DNA of 64,000 nt from Candidatus Peribacteria bacterium (GCA_041691135.1 JBEPVF010000002.1:128001-192000), one strand, 5' to 3'; shown: positions 38,964 through 49,711, numbered from the stretch's first letter. Made by a program: numbers and translations. The notes: generated by a model not told the origin, from the letters alone.

Positions 38964-39325
38964 AGAATGAGGTGGTAAGAAGTAAAAAAGTAAATCTTGT
39001 CGCGACAATTGCCACTATAAGGACGTGACATTAAGACAGGCATAAATATTTCTATTACTTTGACTAGATATTTCTCACCACCTTTTATTCACTCCCTCAG
39101 CAATAAATGTATGTGAAACAAAATACTTGACAAAAATTTACATAGAGAGTTTAATCAGACTAACACGAAAAGGCCCGACATCATCACTTTGCCCACCCCA
39201 ACTGCCGCTTCCATTAGCCCCCGGCGGCGCTTTCTTTGCATATACCACATTCACCGGCCACATCATCGGCACAGTTGTACCTGTTCTTTTACATATCGGA
39301 ATAGCAGTAATTTCCCCCTATTTTT

Positions 39326-40024
39326 ATGAACCGCATTTCTTCCCCTAGCGAAGGCAGTCCTACACCAGAATCATCACCGCGCATCGGATTCGATAGCCCT
39401 GATTTGAATAAGCCATTGCCACCATCGATCCAAAATATCATTCGTGGCAAAACAAAGCATATTCTCGACAATCCGGAGTCCAAGAAGGATGAACCGACCC
39501 CAAATGAACCGCCAAGCTTCCCGATCGATACCATCGATGGATCGTCCGGCACCCAGCGACCGCCGAAGCAACCTGCTTCTATATCTCCTGATTCACAGGC
39601 ACAAACACCAAGCGAATCTCTTCGCGATCGCGAGCCTCCCATGCCAACCATTCGTCCGACAGACAAAGAAGCTACGCCTTACTCATACGATAGTTGGAAA
39701 GTGGAAAGTGATCGCCGACGTGAGGAATGGCGAGCAGCATCGTATCAACGGCAACAGCAATTTCTGGACGAATCCGATAAGAGGCATCAGGAATTCATGG
39801 CAGAAGTAGAGCGAGACCACCAGGAATTTCTACTGTTGATTCAAGACACTAATGCGGAATTCATACGCTGGGTCATAGAAACACACCAGGAGTTCATGCG
39901 ATGGTGTGACGAGTCTCACAGTCAATTCATGATGACATCTCAGATGCAGATGGACGCATTCCATATGCATTTGCAGCAAGACGCTCTCACCGGCGCAACC
40001 GCACCAAGCGTATCCGCTGAATAA
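39326..40024 (+). CDS. Hypothetical protein: Pro-rich disordered N-terminus plus helical HQEF repeats
   Basis: 232-aa ORF; TTGACA-17-TTTAAT promoter at 39127-39155. Confidence 0.7.
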   Translation: MNRISSPSEGSPTPESSPRIGFDSPDLNKPLPPSIQNIIRGKTKHILDNPESKKDEPTPNEPPSFPIDTIDGSSGTQRPPKQPASISPDSQAQTPSESLRDREPPMPTIRPTDKEATPYSYDSWKVESDRRREEWRAASYQRQQQFLDESDKRHQEFMAEVERDHQEFLLLIQDTNAEFIRWVIETHQEFMRWCDESHSQFMMTSQMQMDAFHMHLQQDALTGATAPSVSAE

Positions 40025-40045
40025 TCTCTTTTCCCCCTCTTAATT

Positions 40046-40621
40046 ATGGTCGCTCTTCCCGCACAGCCATCGCGCGAGCCAGAGAAACAACCATCGCTTA
40101 TTCTGTCACCCTCCGACTTGAGCAGGGCACCTGACAATAGTCTCGACGATATCGATTTCACTAATAGTGTATACGCCGGGATCGCTCAGTTGCTCGAACA
40201 ACTTGCCATTGTGGAACGACGAATGGAAGCACAGCCGCAAACGCAAGATGGGCAAGAGTCACACGATATTTCTGCAGACGTGGTAGACGAGAAGCACCGG
40301 ACTCGTCAGCGTCTGCATGATATTTTTCTACGGGATCACGACTATGCAAACGGACCCCAAATGGTTCTGATGCCGTCCGATGTGTATGCGCATCCCCTGT
40401 CTCACAACAAGCTGCGTTTTCGCGATACCACCTTGAAGGAAATCGCTCGCTATATTGATACGATCGCCACCTACGAAAAGGAGTTGGAATCGCATCTGAC
40501 AAATCGTGACTCGCTGGATAAACTCGAGAGACAAGCGATGATTGCAAGTACGCTCGGTCACTTGAAAAGTCACAAGGATCACCTGACCAAAATATTGACG
40601 GGTTTTTTTGATCGACGGTGA
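40046..40621 (+). CDS. Hypothetical helical protein
   Basis: 191-aa ORF 21 nt after the previous gene, followed by a hairpin. Confidence 0.65.
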   Translation: MVALPAQPSREPEKQPSLILSPSDLSRAPDNSLDDIDFTNSVYAGIAQLLEQLAIVERRMEAQPQTQDGQESHDISADVVDEKHRTRQRLHDIFLRDHDYANGPQMVLMPSDVYAHPLSHNKLRFRDTTLKEIARYIDTIATYEKELESHLTNRDSLDKLERQAMIASTLGHLKSHKDHLTKILTGFFDRR

Positions 40622-40636
40622 ATGGCTACGGCTTCC

Positions 40637-40664
40637 GCCCCGTCCCCCACAAAGGGGACGGGGC
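40637..40664. repeat. GC-rich hairpin GCCCCGTCCCC-N6-GGGGACGGGGC
   Basis: Perfect 11-bp stem, no U-tract. Confidence 0.6.
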
Positions 40665-40945
40665 TCAGCTACAACAATCTCAGACAACAACTATTCTGAT
40701 CATGACATGCAATGGTGGTGACCTGACGACTATCGGGCTGCACCGTAATACGGGAACGGCAAGTAATAGGCGAACTCTTTACGAGAAACTTCTGACTCTG
40801 TCGCCTGTTCAGGAGAATGAATGGACATGGGAGAGGGCGCATTCTAGATTTTTTCTCGCGGGTAGCAAGAAAATCGAACACAACATTCCCTGTGACGTTT
40901 ATCAGACCATCGATTTTTTACGAGATCAGAAGCTTACAATTGGCT

Positions 40946-43900
40946 TTAGCGCAGATACGCACGTACCACCCATCCCTGATGCCAACTATAGCGCACTTCT
41001 GCCCAGTCGCCGCGTATCGATAGCAATTCGACGACAGTGTCAGGATCAAAAGACGTGAGCGCAGGGGAATCGAGCGATGGTTCCACATGGAGCTTCAAAG
41101 ACGCCGTCGTCGTGAGCATTTGTCCACCGGGAGCTGCGGGTAAAACAGACCCTGCCGAATGCATCGTTGCAGTATCAAGTGGCGTCGCGTGCGTCACTGG
41201 CGGAAGAGCCGCGAGTGCGTTCATGACGTAGAGACTGATGACTTTGCTGACCTCGGCACGATTGATGGCATCATCCGGACGGAACGTGGTGGCATTGCCA
41301 TCTCCTTTAACAAACCCCAGCGCTACAGCCGTAAGAACTGCACGGAAGTGCGGATGCGATGCGGGAAGATCCGAAAACGTATTCTGCGCGGGTGATGGCA
41401 AAGCCTCGGATGGGATCAAAGAGAGGAGCATCGCTACCACTTCCGCACGCGTAGCCGGACGAGCGAGATTCTCCGGTAAAGACAGACCTAAAGATGCAGC
41501 TTGTTCTCGGTAGGGAGCTGTCCAATCTTCCACGGAAGAACGCGCCGGCGAATGACCGGTGGCTTCGAGAACCATCTTGAGGGATTCGGCAACCGTCACG
41601 TTGTCCGCCGGCTTGAACAGACCGGTCGGCGTTCCATCGGCATTCGCATACCCGGAAACGATCCCTTTCTCCGCCAACAGTGCGACATAGTCGGCGAACC
41701 AACTCTGTGGCGGCACATCAGTAAAGGAAGGCGCCGAGGGTGCGGGAGCCGCTGGGTGTGATGGACTGTCGGGCGTGGATGGCGAAGGCGCGGAAGGTGT
41801 GGGACCAGAAGGAGTCGTCGTATTTGAACCCCTGCTGCCACCTCTACTACCACCACCTCCGCCACCTGATGTCGTTGTCGTACTAGAACTCCCGTTTACC
41901 AGCTGGGATAACACCGACGATGTCGATGTCAGCCAATTAGTATTGCCATTGTATGTGGCGGTAAGACTCTGTGTACCCGCCTCGAAGCCGGAGACAGTAA
42001 CCGAACCGGAACCATGGCCCAGAGTGACCGTCCCAAGCGTCGCGATCCCATTAAGAAAGGTGACCGTACCAGTAGCAGTGGACGGTGTGACCGTCGCCGT
42101 GAATGTGACGGATTGATTGACGATGGACGGATTGGGAGACGAGCCCAGCGAAAGGGCTGTGGTACCAGAGCCAACGGTCTGCGTCAGAGTAGAGGAAGTA
42201 CTGGTCGCGTAGATGACATTGCCAGCATATACAGCGCTGAGTGAATGCGTTCCAGTGGTGAATGAGGAGACACTCAGTGTTCCGGATCCCTGGCTGAGCG
42301 TTGCCGACCCGAGCGAGCTAACGCCGTCGTAGAACGTGACGCTACCGGTGGCACTGGATGGCGAGATCGTCGCAGTGAGCGTGGTGCTTGATCCGAATCC
42401 CGAAGGATTCACGGACGAGGTGAGCGTGGTAGTGCTCGGACTGAGTACTTCGTATATCACGCTCGTCGAACCAGTATCGGTAAAGGTCAGCCGACCGGAC
42501 CCATTGGTAGTGGTGGTGGTGAGTGCGGATCCGTTCTTCTTGATCTGATACGTCGTCGACGCCGCCAGGTTGCCGATGGTGTGCGTCACGGACGGAGTGA
42601 CGCCCAGAATGGTCTCAGTCCATTTTTTGTAATACGGAGCTAACGTATTCCACGTAGACATGACGACGGTACCGTACTTGGCATAATTACCGACAGTGAA
42701 GCCCGCCGCGGGCGCGATCGCTAAGTCAGAGCTTTTCCCGACAGCAGCAGTGGCATTGCGATACTTGCCGTTCTTGTACACCGTCAGTGAGCCGCTTGCG
42801 TCGACTTGGTCCGTCGCCATCACATACGGCGGCTGGTACTCAAGTGCGCCGAAATCCGCCGCACCGTACAACGGATTGCCCAGCAGATCGACGGTGAAGG
42901 ACGTGCCAGTACCGGTGTCGATAACCGGCGAGTTGTAGGGTAGCGTGTAATCATACGTGCTCACATCGGTGAACAACGGATCGGAAGTGAGACTATGCGT
43001 GTCAAAGCCCAGTGCCTGCCATTGGGCAAATGTTTTGTATACTGCATCGTAATAGGCGCTATTTCCGGCGGTCGTTCGATAGATGGTATTGTAATCACTG
43101 GTAAAACCGGCTTGGGACGTGGTGTCATCGAACGTTATCAGGGAAGAGACCGCGCCTTTGGTTTCCAAAATATTATTGCGCAGCATCGCACCAGAGCCGT
43201 ACTGGCCTGCATTATTGATTGAAATATTTATGAGATCGAAGGATGAATAGCCCGTCGTCGCATCGGCATAGATCGTGTTGTTGGTTACTGCCAGATTCGC
43301 CGTACCTTTGATGCGAACGCCGGTGAAACCTTTGTTGTTGATAAGCTTGTTGTAGAAAACGCCGCCACTCGTGTTCGACCCGCCTATTGATTTCATGACG
43401 ATGCCATACCCTTCGCCATTGACCGTATTGTATTGCACGATACCGTTGTAATTATGGCCGAACAGAATGCCGTGCGTTGTAACTTGAGTGTTAAGAGAAG
43501 TATTGTAGTAATACGGACCGTAAATGGTATTTCCCTGGATGATTCCACCATTATATTTCGTGTCACCCGCGGTGCTATTGTCTCTGCCGAGAGTGATACC
43601 AATACCGCCCCACGAACGAGATCTGATGGTGTTATTGAGGATGCGCGGCACCCCGCCTCCTCCGCCTTGCGATGTCACATTGATACCGTTTAAGGATCCA
43701 GTACCAGTCGTATCAAGCGTGTTCCCCTGAACTACGGGGGAAAACTGGTCCGCGATGTACATAAGACCGTTGGTATTAGCGGTGACCCCCGTCGTCTGCA
43801 TAGTAATCGTGTTGCCACTAAGCGTTGTTCCCCATGTTCCGGCATCCACTTGGATGGGACTTCCAGCCGTCGTAGGTACGTTGATGCTCATCGTATTATT

Positions 43901-44863
43901 CTGAAACAGAAGTGTGCCGGACGCCGAGCCAGTGGCGAGCAACATCGGATTGGGTGAGCCGCTGTTAACGGTAAACGTATTGTTCGCGATGGTGAAGGAA
44001 CCGGACGACGTAAGATACACACCGTAACTCGTCGAGGTGACAGCATTATTTGTGAAGGTTACTGAGTTTCTTCCGGCGACGCGCAGAGCCGCAGCAGCAG
44101 TCGTGAACGTATTATTACGAATGGTATACACACCGTGGCCAACACTCGTGATGTTGATGGCGTGAGTGGTATTGGCGGTAACAGTATTATTCGAGAAGAT
44201 GATGCCGGTCTCCGCAGTTGCTGCGGTATATTCGTACGCCGAGAAAGAAGTGCCAGTAAGCGTGAATGTCGACCCGCTCACTGTAAGATTCGTGTTGCCG
44301 CCTGATTTAATACCTTCGCCCGCAGCAGTAGTAAATGTACTGCTCAGAATTGTGATTCCCGAATTGGTGTTCCCAGTAAGGATCAGATCAGCGGTGGAAT
44401 CCTTAAACGTACAACGAGTGAACGTTTTTTTGGTCGTGCCGGAAGCAAGATTCGCCGCCTTTGTTTTTGTCGTTTCGGCATCGAATGTGAAACCGGTGAA
44501 GGAGGCAGTGTTGGTACCGGAGACGTTGAGCACGGTTGTAGCCGACGCATTGCTTTTGACAATCACCGTTCCGGATGCTGTCCACGATATGCCTTTGGTA
44601 ACGTTCCATGCGTGCTGCACCGAATCGTTCTCGGTGTAACTTCCTGAATTGACTACGACCAAATCGCCGGTGGTAGCGCCGGTCTCCGCCCGTTGTAAGG
44701 ATCGCCACGGCGAACCGATGGAGCCAACGTTCGCATTATTTCCAGATGTGCTCACATAATACGTGGCTGCGGAGGCAGTATTTACCCCAAAAAAGAAGCT
44801 GCCGCCGGCAGCGCCGAGCAACAGACCGAGAGACAAGAACGTTGCTTTCCAATAATTTTTCAT
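40946..44863 (-). CDS. Large surface protein: pectin-lyase-like beta-helix, Ig-like repeats, SLH domains, C-terminal SH3-like domain
   Basis: Signal peptide; YYVSTSGN...PWRSLQ; many I.NNT repeats; DPLF...Y.L..NSP.IDTG; G.H.L.A.Y.G Ig repeats; FTDVP..WF, FRPDDAINRAEV; GDWAEV...GWV. Confidence 0.88.
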   Translation of the reverse strand: MKNYWKATFLSLGLLLGAAGGSFFFGVNTASAATYYVSTSGNNANVGSIGSPWRSLQRAETGATTGDLVVVNSGSYTENDSVQHAWNVTKGISWTASGTVIVKSNASATTVLNVSGTNTASFTGFTFDAETTKTKAANLASGTTKKTFTRCTFKDSTADLILTGNTNSGITILSSTFTTAAGEGIKSGGNTNLTVSGSTFTLTGTSFSAYEYTAATAETGIIFSNNTVTANTTHAINITSVGHGVYTIRNNTFTTAAAALRVAGRNSVTFTNNAVTSTSYGVYLTSSGSFTIANNTFTVNSGSPNPMLLATGSASGTLLFQNNTMSINVPTTAGSPIQVDAGTWGTTLSGNTITMQTTGVTANTNGLMYIADQFSPVVQGNTLDTTGTGSLNGINVTSQGGGGGVPRILNNTIRSRSWGGIGITLGRDNSTAGDTKYNGGIIQGNTIYGPYYYNTSLNTQVTTHGILFGHNYNGIVQYNTVNGEGYGIVMKSIGGSNTSGGVFYNKLINNKGFTGVRIKGTANLAVTNNTIYADATTGYSSFDLINISINNAGQYGSGAMLRNNILETKGAVSSLITFDDTTSQAGFTSDYNTIYRTTAGNSAYYDAVYKTFAQWQALGFDTHSLTSDPLFTDVSTYDYTLPYNSPVIDTGTGTSFTVDLLGNPLYGAADFGALEYQPPYVMATDQVDASGSLTVYKNGKYRNATAAVGKSSDLAIAPAAGFTVGNYAKYGTVVMSTWNTLAPYYKKWTETILGVTPSVTHTIGNLAASTTYQIKKNGSALTTTTTNGSGRLTFTDTGSTSVIYEVLSPSTTTLTSSVNPSGFGSSTTLTATISPSSATGSVTFYDGVSSLGSATLSQGSGTLSVSSFTTGTHSLSAVYAGNVIYATSTSSTLTQTVGSGTTALSLGSSPNPSIVNQSVTFTATVTPSTATGTVTFLNGIATLGTVTLGHGSGSVTVSGFEAGTQSLTATYNGNTNWLTSTSSVLSQLVNGSSSTTTTSGGGGGGSRGGSRGSNTTTPSGPTPSAPSPSTPDSPSHPAAPAPSAPSFTDVPPQSWFADYVALLAEKGIVSGYANADGTPTGLFKPADNVTVAESLKMVLEATGHSPARSSVEDWTAPYREQAASLGLSLPENLARPATRAEVVAMLLSLIPSEALPSPAQNTFSDLPASHPHFRAVLTAVALGFVKGDGNATTFRPDDAINRAEVSKVISLYVMNALAALPPVTHATPLDTATMHSAGSVLPAAPGGQMLTTTASLKLHVEPSLDSPALTSFDPDTVVELLSIRGDWAEVRYSWHQGWVVRAYLR

Positions 44864-45100
44864 ACGGCAATCATTGAAGAGCAATTTGCACCGAATGACA
44901 AGCGCACACACCTGCATATAGATGACGAGTTCACTTCGAACGCATATGTCTGATGATTGGAGAAAAAATCACCTCGACTCATTCCAATGTTATTGTCAAA
45001 AAATATGATATATATTCAATGCACTGATACTCGCTGCAAATACTCGTGCATATCTAAGGCCACTCACCCCGCGCCTTTAGACACAGGATGAGTGACTATT

Positions 45101-48100
45101 TTACTGAACATTGAATTGCAGCCGATGACAGTTGGCAACGCGGGTTACTACGTCGAGCGACTGCAGCGTATCCGAACCGTTGTACAATGCCGTGATCGTC
45201 TGTGTGCCATTGCCGAGCGCACCCGTGGTCAGGCTGCCGGAACCGTGACCGAGCGGCACCGAGGCAAGCGCAACATCATTATTGAAGAATTGTACGCTTC
45301 CAGTTGCAGATGACGGTGTAACAGTGGCGAAAAGGAACACCGATTGACTAGGAATCACCACTGTCGGGACGCAGACGGACGTATATGTCGGCGCAACGCT
45401 CACCGACTGCAGGAATTCGGCTGATGTACTGGAGGGATACGTCGCATTGCCGGCATACACCGCCGTGAGGGAGTGCGTTCCCGAGCTGAGTGTGACGCTG
45501 AGCGAGCCGGTGCCGTGATTAAGTATGGCAGTGCCAAGAGACGTGATGCCATCGTAGAAAGTAACCGTCCCGGTCGCAGTCGCGGGCAGAACCGAAGTCG
45601 TGAGCACAATCGTGGATCCGGAAGCAGCCGGATTGGAACTCGATGTCAGATTCACCGATGTCGCCGCAAGAATTTCGTACTGCACGTTCGTTGATCCGGT
45701 ATCAGTGAAGCTGATTTTTCCCGCGCCATCGGATTGAACCGATGCCAGAAGAATACCGTTGCGCTGAATCTTGTACGGTGTATTGATCGCCAGATCGCCG
45801 ACAGTATGCGTGACCGAAGAATTGACACCGGCAACTGCCTCGGTCCACTTCTTATAATAATTGCCGGTCTTGTTCCAGTTGGCGATAGCCAGAGTTGCAT
45901 ACGTCCCGTACGTCGACGGAACGTAACCGCCTGCCGGTGTGATCAGGAAATTGACGGACGTCCCGCTTGGTGCCGCAGTGTTGCGGAACTTTCCACTCGT
46001 GTAGATGCCTATATTGCCAGTCATATCCACAGGATCGGTTCCCATCGTGTAGGGCGGCTGGTATTCGAAGGCACCGATGTCGGCAGATCCATGAACGGAA
46101 TTGCCGATTATATCGCGCGTGAAGGATCCGCCGGAACCGGCATCGATGGCGGGAGAGTTGTAGAGGAGCGAGTAGTCGTTGGAAGCAATGCTGGTGAAGA
46201 GCGGATCGGTTGTGATGCTGTGCGTGTCGTAGCCCGCCGCCTGCCATTGGGCCAAGGTATAGTTGGTGGTAGAGGAAGATGCCACGTTGCCGTTCGTCAT
46301 ACGATACAGAACGTTGTAATCGCTGCTGAAGCCCGACTGCGATGTCACATCAGGGAAGCCAACGAGGCCATAGGCCGTACCCTTTCCAACCATAATATTG
46401 TTTCGCAACATGGCACCCGATCCATATTGACCGGCATTATTGATAGAGATACTGAAGGCCGTGAAGTTTGGATAGCCGATACTCGCATCGGCATAGATCG
46501 TATTATTGGTGGCCTTCACATTCTGCACACCCTTGATACGTATAGCGGTTTGTCCCTTGGTGTTGATGATCGTATTGTAAAAGACTCCTCCGCTCGTATA
46601 CGGCAAGCCCACGCCTTTGATGACGACGCCGTACCCTTCACCGTAAATCGTATTGTACTGCACGATTCCGTTGTAGCTGTGACCGTAAAGAATCGCATGC
46701 GTATTCACCTGGGAACTCAGCAAAGGATTGTAGTAATACGGTCCATAGATGATGTTTCCTTGAACCAGACCGCCGTTCACTTTTTCATTGCCGGGACTGG
46801 TGTAGTCCGCACCGACGGTGATAGCCGTGCCGTTCCATGCATGGGACTTAAAGATGTTATTGAGAATTTTTGGATTCCTGGCATCCCTGCCGCTGGAAGT
46901 CACATAAATATCCGTCACCGAGCCGGTACCGGTCGTTTCGATCGTGTTGTTCTGGATCAACGGTGCCACCTGATCGGCAAGATAGATGAGACCGGTCGGC
47001 ACGGAAGTAGCTGCATTCGTTTGCATCGTCATCGTATTGCCATCGATCGTCGTACCGAACGTGCCGGAATCGATGGAGATGATCGGCAACGCTGAGACCG
47101 GTACGTTTACATTGAACGTATTATTTTTGATGAGAATCGTTCCGGTACTGGTAGCCGCACCTGCATAGAACAAGCCGGAAGGCGTGCCGCTGTTCAGATT
47201 GAAGGTATTGTTGGTCATAATGAACGCACCCGATGCGGTGAGGTACAGACCTTGTTTTGCCGTATTGATCGTATTGTTCGTCATGGTGAACGAATTCCTG
47301 CCCGAGACGCGCAGTGCGACGCTCGCCGTCGTGATCGTATTGTTATTGAACGTGTAATTGTTGCGTGCTGGACTGGTGATATTGACCGCATAGTTCGGGC
47401 CGATCGTGATCGTGTTATTGGTGAAAGTTGCCGTCTCCTGGGCTGATGTTCCGCGGTACTCATACGCCGAGTAGCCGGTGGCGCCAGAGGTGACAAAGGT
47501 CGAACCGCTCACCGTCAGATTCGTGAAGCCGCCGGACTCGATGCCTTGACCGATCAGATACGTAAAGGTGCTGCCGAGAATCGTGATATCCGTTGCCGGA
47601 CCGGCACCGGTAAACACTTGAACCGTACCGTTTTTGAAGGTGCAGCCGATGAATTTTTTCGTTCGTGAGCCGGATGCAAGGTACACGGCTTGCGTCTTGC
47701 TTTCGCCATCGAATGTGAACCCTGTGAACGTCATCGGATTGGTGCCGGAGATATATACGGCCGTATTCGCAGCCGCATTGCCCTTGACGATCACGACGCC
47801 CTGCGCGACCCAGTTAATGCCTTTGGCGATATTCCACGTGTGACGAGACGGATCATTTTCGACGTAGGTACCGGCGGCAACAAAGACGGTATCTCCGTTA
47901 GCGGCCAGCGTTTCCGCCTTCTGCAGAGTCAACCATGGTGTGGCATTGGAACCGTTGTTGCTGTCGCTCCCGATCGGACTGACGTAGTAGGTGATTCCGG
48001 CGGCGAAGACGACGCGCGAGACAAAAAAGAACGCGCCGGCCAGAATACACACGGCGAGTAACAGACCTGACGAAAATAATTTGACGTTTTTGAGGGGTGT

Positions 48101-48106
48101 ATTCAT
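45101..48106 (-). CDS. Paralogous beta-helix/Ig surface protein lacking SLH; 3' end looks degraded
   Basis: Collinear with 40946-44863 (e.g. ISINNAGQYGSGAMLRNNI); similarity breaks after YNGSDTLQS. Confidence 0.85.
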   Translation of the reverse strand: MNTPLKNVKLFSSGLLLAVCILAGAFFFVSRVVFAAGITYYVSPIGSDSNNGSNATPWLTLQKAETLAANGDTVFVAAGTYVENDPSRHTWNIAKGINWVAQGVVIVKGNAAANTAVYISGTNPMTFTGFTFDGESKTQAVYLASGSRTKKFIGCTFKNGTVQVFTGAGPATDITILGSTFTYLIGQGIESGGFTNLTVSGSTFVTSGATGYSAYEYRGTSAQETATFTNNTITIGPNYAVNITSPARNNYTFNNNTITTASVALRVSGRNSFTMTNNTINTAKQGLYLTASGAFIMTNNTFNLNSGTPSGLFYAGAATSTGTILIKNNTFNVNVPVSALPIISIDSGTFGTTIDGNTMTMQTNAATSVPTGLIYLADQVAPLIQNNTIETTGTGSVTDIYVTSSGRDARNPKILNNIFKSHAWNGTAITVGADYTSPGNEKVNGGLVQGNIIYGPYYYNPLLSSQVNTHAILYGHSYNGIVQYNTIYGEGYGVVIKGVGLPYTSGGVFYNTIINTKGQTAIRIKGVQNVKATNNTIYADASIGYPNFTAFSISINNAGQYGSGAMLRNNIMVGKGTAYGLVGFPDVTSQSGFSSDYNVLYRMTNGNVASSSTTNYTLAQWQAAGYDTHSITTDPLFTSIASNDYSLLYNSPAIDAGSGGSFTRDIIGNSVHGSADIGAFEYQPPYTMGTDPVDMTGNIGIYTSGKFRNTAAPSGTSVNFLITPAGGYVPSTYGTYATLAIANWNKTGNYYKKWTEAVAGVNSSVTHTVGDLAINTPYKIQRNGILLASVQSDGAGKISFTDTGSTNVQYEILAATSVNLTSSSNPAASGSTIVLTTSVLPATATGTVTFYDGITSLGTAILNHGTGSLSVTLSSGTHSLTAVYAGNATYPSSTSAEFLQSVSVAPTYTSVCVPTVVIPSQSVFLFATVTPSSATGSVQFFNNDVALASVPLGHGSGSLTTGALGNGTQTITALYNGSDTLQSLDVVTRVANCHRLQFNVQ

Positions 48107-48271
48107 ATGAAAGATATTCAATCGTAATAAACCTTTGACATCAAGAGAAAGGCGTTTTCACGTAAAAAATGTCTGAGTGTTCACAGAGCACCGACACTTT
48201 TAGCAAAAAATATTTTGTGCACGGCACATCGGCGCAGTGCCATCACCGCGCCGATGCTGAATCTAAAAAAT

Positions 48272-48667
48272 TTAATACGGCGTAGCCAACGTCAGCGTCC
48301 CACGCATCTTGTGCCAACAAGTATACGACGCTGCTAATAGCACAATGCAAACGAGTGGGAAGATCGCCATACCGAAACCATTGACGATCCAATTGGCCAA
48401 GGCAGCGGAGAAGAAATCGATGAAGAAGCCAACGTAGGTCCACTCTTTAATGCGTGGCGGAATCATCGGAAGCACCAGGGTGAAGCCGCCGATGATTTTG
48501 GCAATTGTGAGTTCGATACGGAAATAATCCGGGAAGCCGAGTTGTTTGATGGCATCGATAGCCATCTGCGCATTAAAGAAAAGGAGCGCCGGCAGAGAGA
48601 TGCCGATTACAATAAGGAGTGTGGCGATCCAGTAGAGGATCTTGATCTTACGCGAGCTGGCGGCCAT
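48272..48667 (-). CDS. DoxX-like family membrane protein
   Basis: YWIAT...LGFPDYF...AKI.G...KEWTYVGF. Confidence 0.88.
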   Translation of the reverse strand: MAASSRKIKILYWIATLLIVIGISLPALLFFNAQMAIDAIKQLGFPDYFRIELTIAKIIGGFTLVLPMIPPRIKEWTYVGFFIDFFSAALANWIVNGFGMAIFPLVCIVLLAASYTCWHKMRGTLTLATPY

Positions 48668-48706
48668 GGTGAGGGGAGATGAAAAAATTGGGAGGGGAAT
48701 GGAAAA

Positions 48707-49216
48707 TTATTTAGTGGCTGCGAGATATTCATCAAGCTGTTCCCACGTTCCCTGGAATCCCTGCTTCATCGACTCGCGTCCTTGTTCGAAGGCCTTCATT
48801 TCTTCTTCCGACGCGTTGATCGGTCCGCCACGAAGCGTAACCGTCGTCTTGCCTTCGTGTTCTTCCAGCGACAGGTGGTTAAGTACTTCGAGCGGCCATA
48901 TGGCAATGAACGGATTACGGGTGATGCCGCCAGCCGCATCCGAGAATGAATTCACGAACACCATGCTTTCCTGCGGATTGATCTCGCGATACGTGAACTT
49001 GCCCCACATCTCCATACCGTCGGGCGAGCGCATGCAGTAGTGGAACACGCCGCCCGGACGCAGATCCAATTTGATGTCACCCATCTTAAAACCTTTGGGC
49101 CCCCACCACTGTGCCAGGCTGTCGGCTTCGGTGAACGCTTTCCAGACCAGAGAGCGTGGCGCATCGAACGTGCGGCTGATGTCAAATTCTTTCGAAGTAG
49201 TGGTATCGGCGGCCAT
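48707..49216 (-). CDS. SRPBCC/AHSA1 domain protein
   Basis: RTFDAPRSLVWKAFT...WWGPKGF...DLRPGG. Confidence 0.92.
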   Translation of the reverse strand: MAADTTTSKEFDISRTFDAPRSLVWKAFTEADSLAQWWGPKGFKMGDIKLDLRPGGVFHYCMRSPDGMEMWGKFTYREINPQESMVFVNSFSDAAGGITRNPFIAIWPLEVLNHLSLEEHEGKTTVTLRGGPINASEEEMKAFEQGRESMKQGFQGTWEQLDEYLAATK

Positions 49217-49255
49217 GAGAGAAGGGGGAAGTAATGAAAGAAATAATTTCCACTG

Positions 49256-49711
49256 TTACGCCTGCAAAAGATCGGCGAGTTTGTCGAGACTCTGGTTCCA
49301 GCCTTCCTTCTGTCCTTTGGCCGCTTCGGCTGCCGGACCGGTCGCTCTCTTCATCACCGCCGTCACCGTCAGAACCGTTTTGCCGTTTTCTTCGGCAAAC
49401 GTAATGGTGTTGAGCGCTTCGAGTTGCGGATTCCCCTCTTCATCTTCGAAGGCAGTGGAGCTGAAGACGAGGCGTTCGGGTTCGACGACTTCGTGAAACA
49501 TCCCTCCCATCGGCGACACCGTCACTCCATCAGGCCAGGTCATATCAACACGAATGGCATTATTCGGTTTTGCATTCCATTCGCATACCGGATTGGTGAA
49601 TCCCTTGGGACCCCACCATTTGGCAATCTGCTCGGGATCGGTCCACGCTTTCCAGACGACTGAACGCGGAGCATCGAAAGTACGGGTGATGACAAGTGTG
49701 TCATTGGTCAT
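49256..49711 (-). CDS. SRPBCC/AHSA1 domain protein
   Basis: RTFDAPRSVVWKAWTDPE..WWGP...GWNQSLDKL. Confidence 0.92.
   Translation of the reverse strand: MTNDTLVITRTFDAPRSVVWKAWTDPEQIAKWWGPKGFTNPVCEWNAKPNNAIRVDMTWPDGVTVSPMGGMFHEVVEPERLVFSSTAFEDEEGNPQLEALNTITFAEENGKTVLTVTAVMKRATGPAAEAAKGQKEGWNQSLDKLADLLQA

Noticed and set aside
40618-41058. 146-aa plus-strand ORF
   Set aside because: It starts across a strong hairpin and overlaps the 3' end of the SLH gene by 113 nt; possibly a truncated remnant but not supportable as a gene
45734-47095. 453-aa plus-strand ORF
   Set aside because: Antisense shadow of the beta-helix gene with no recognisable motifs
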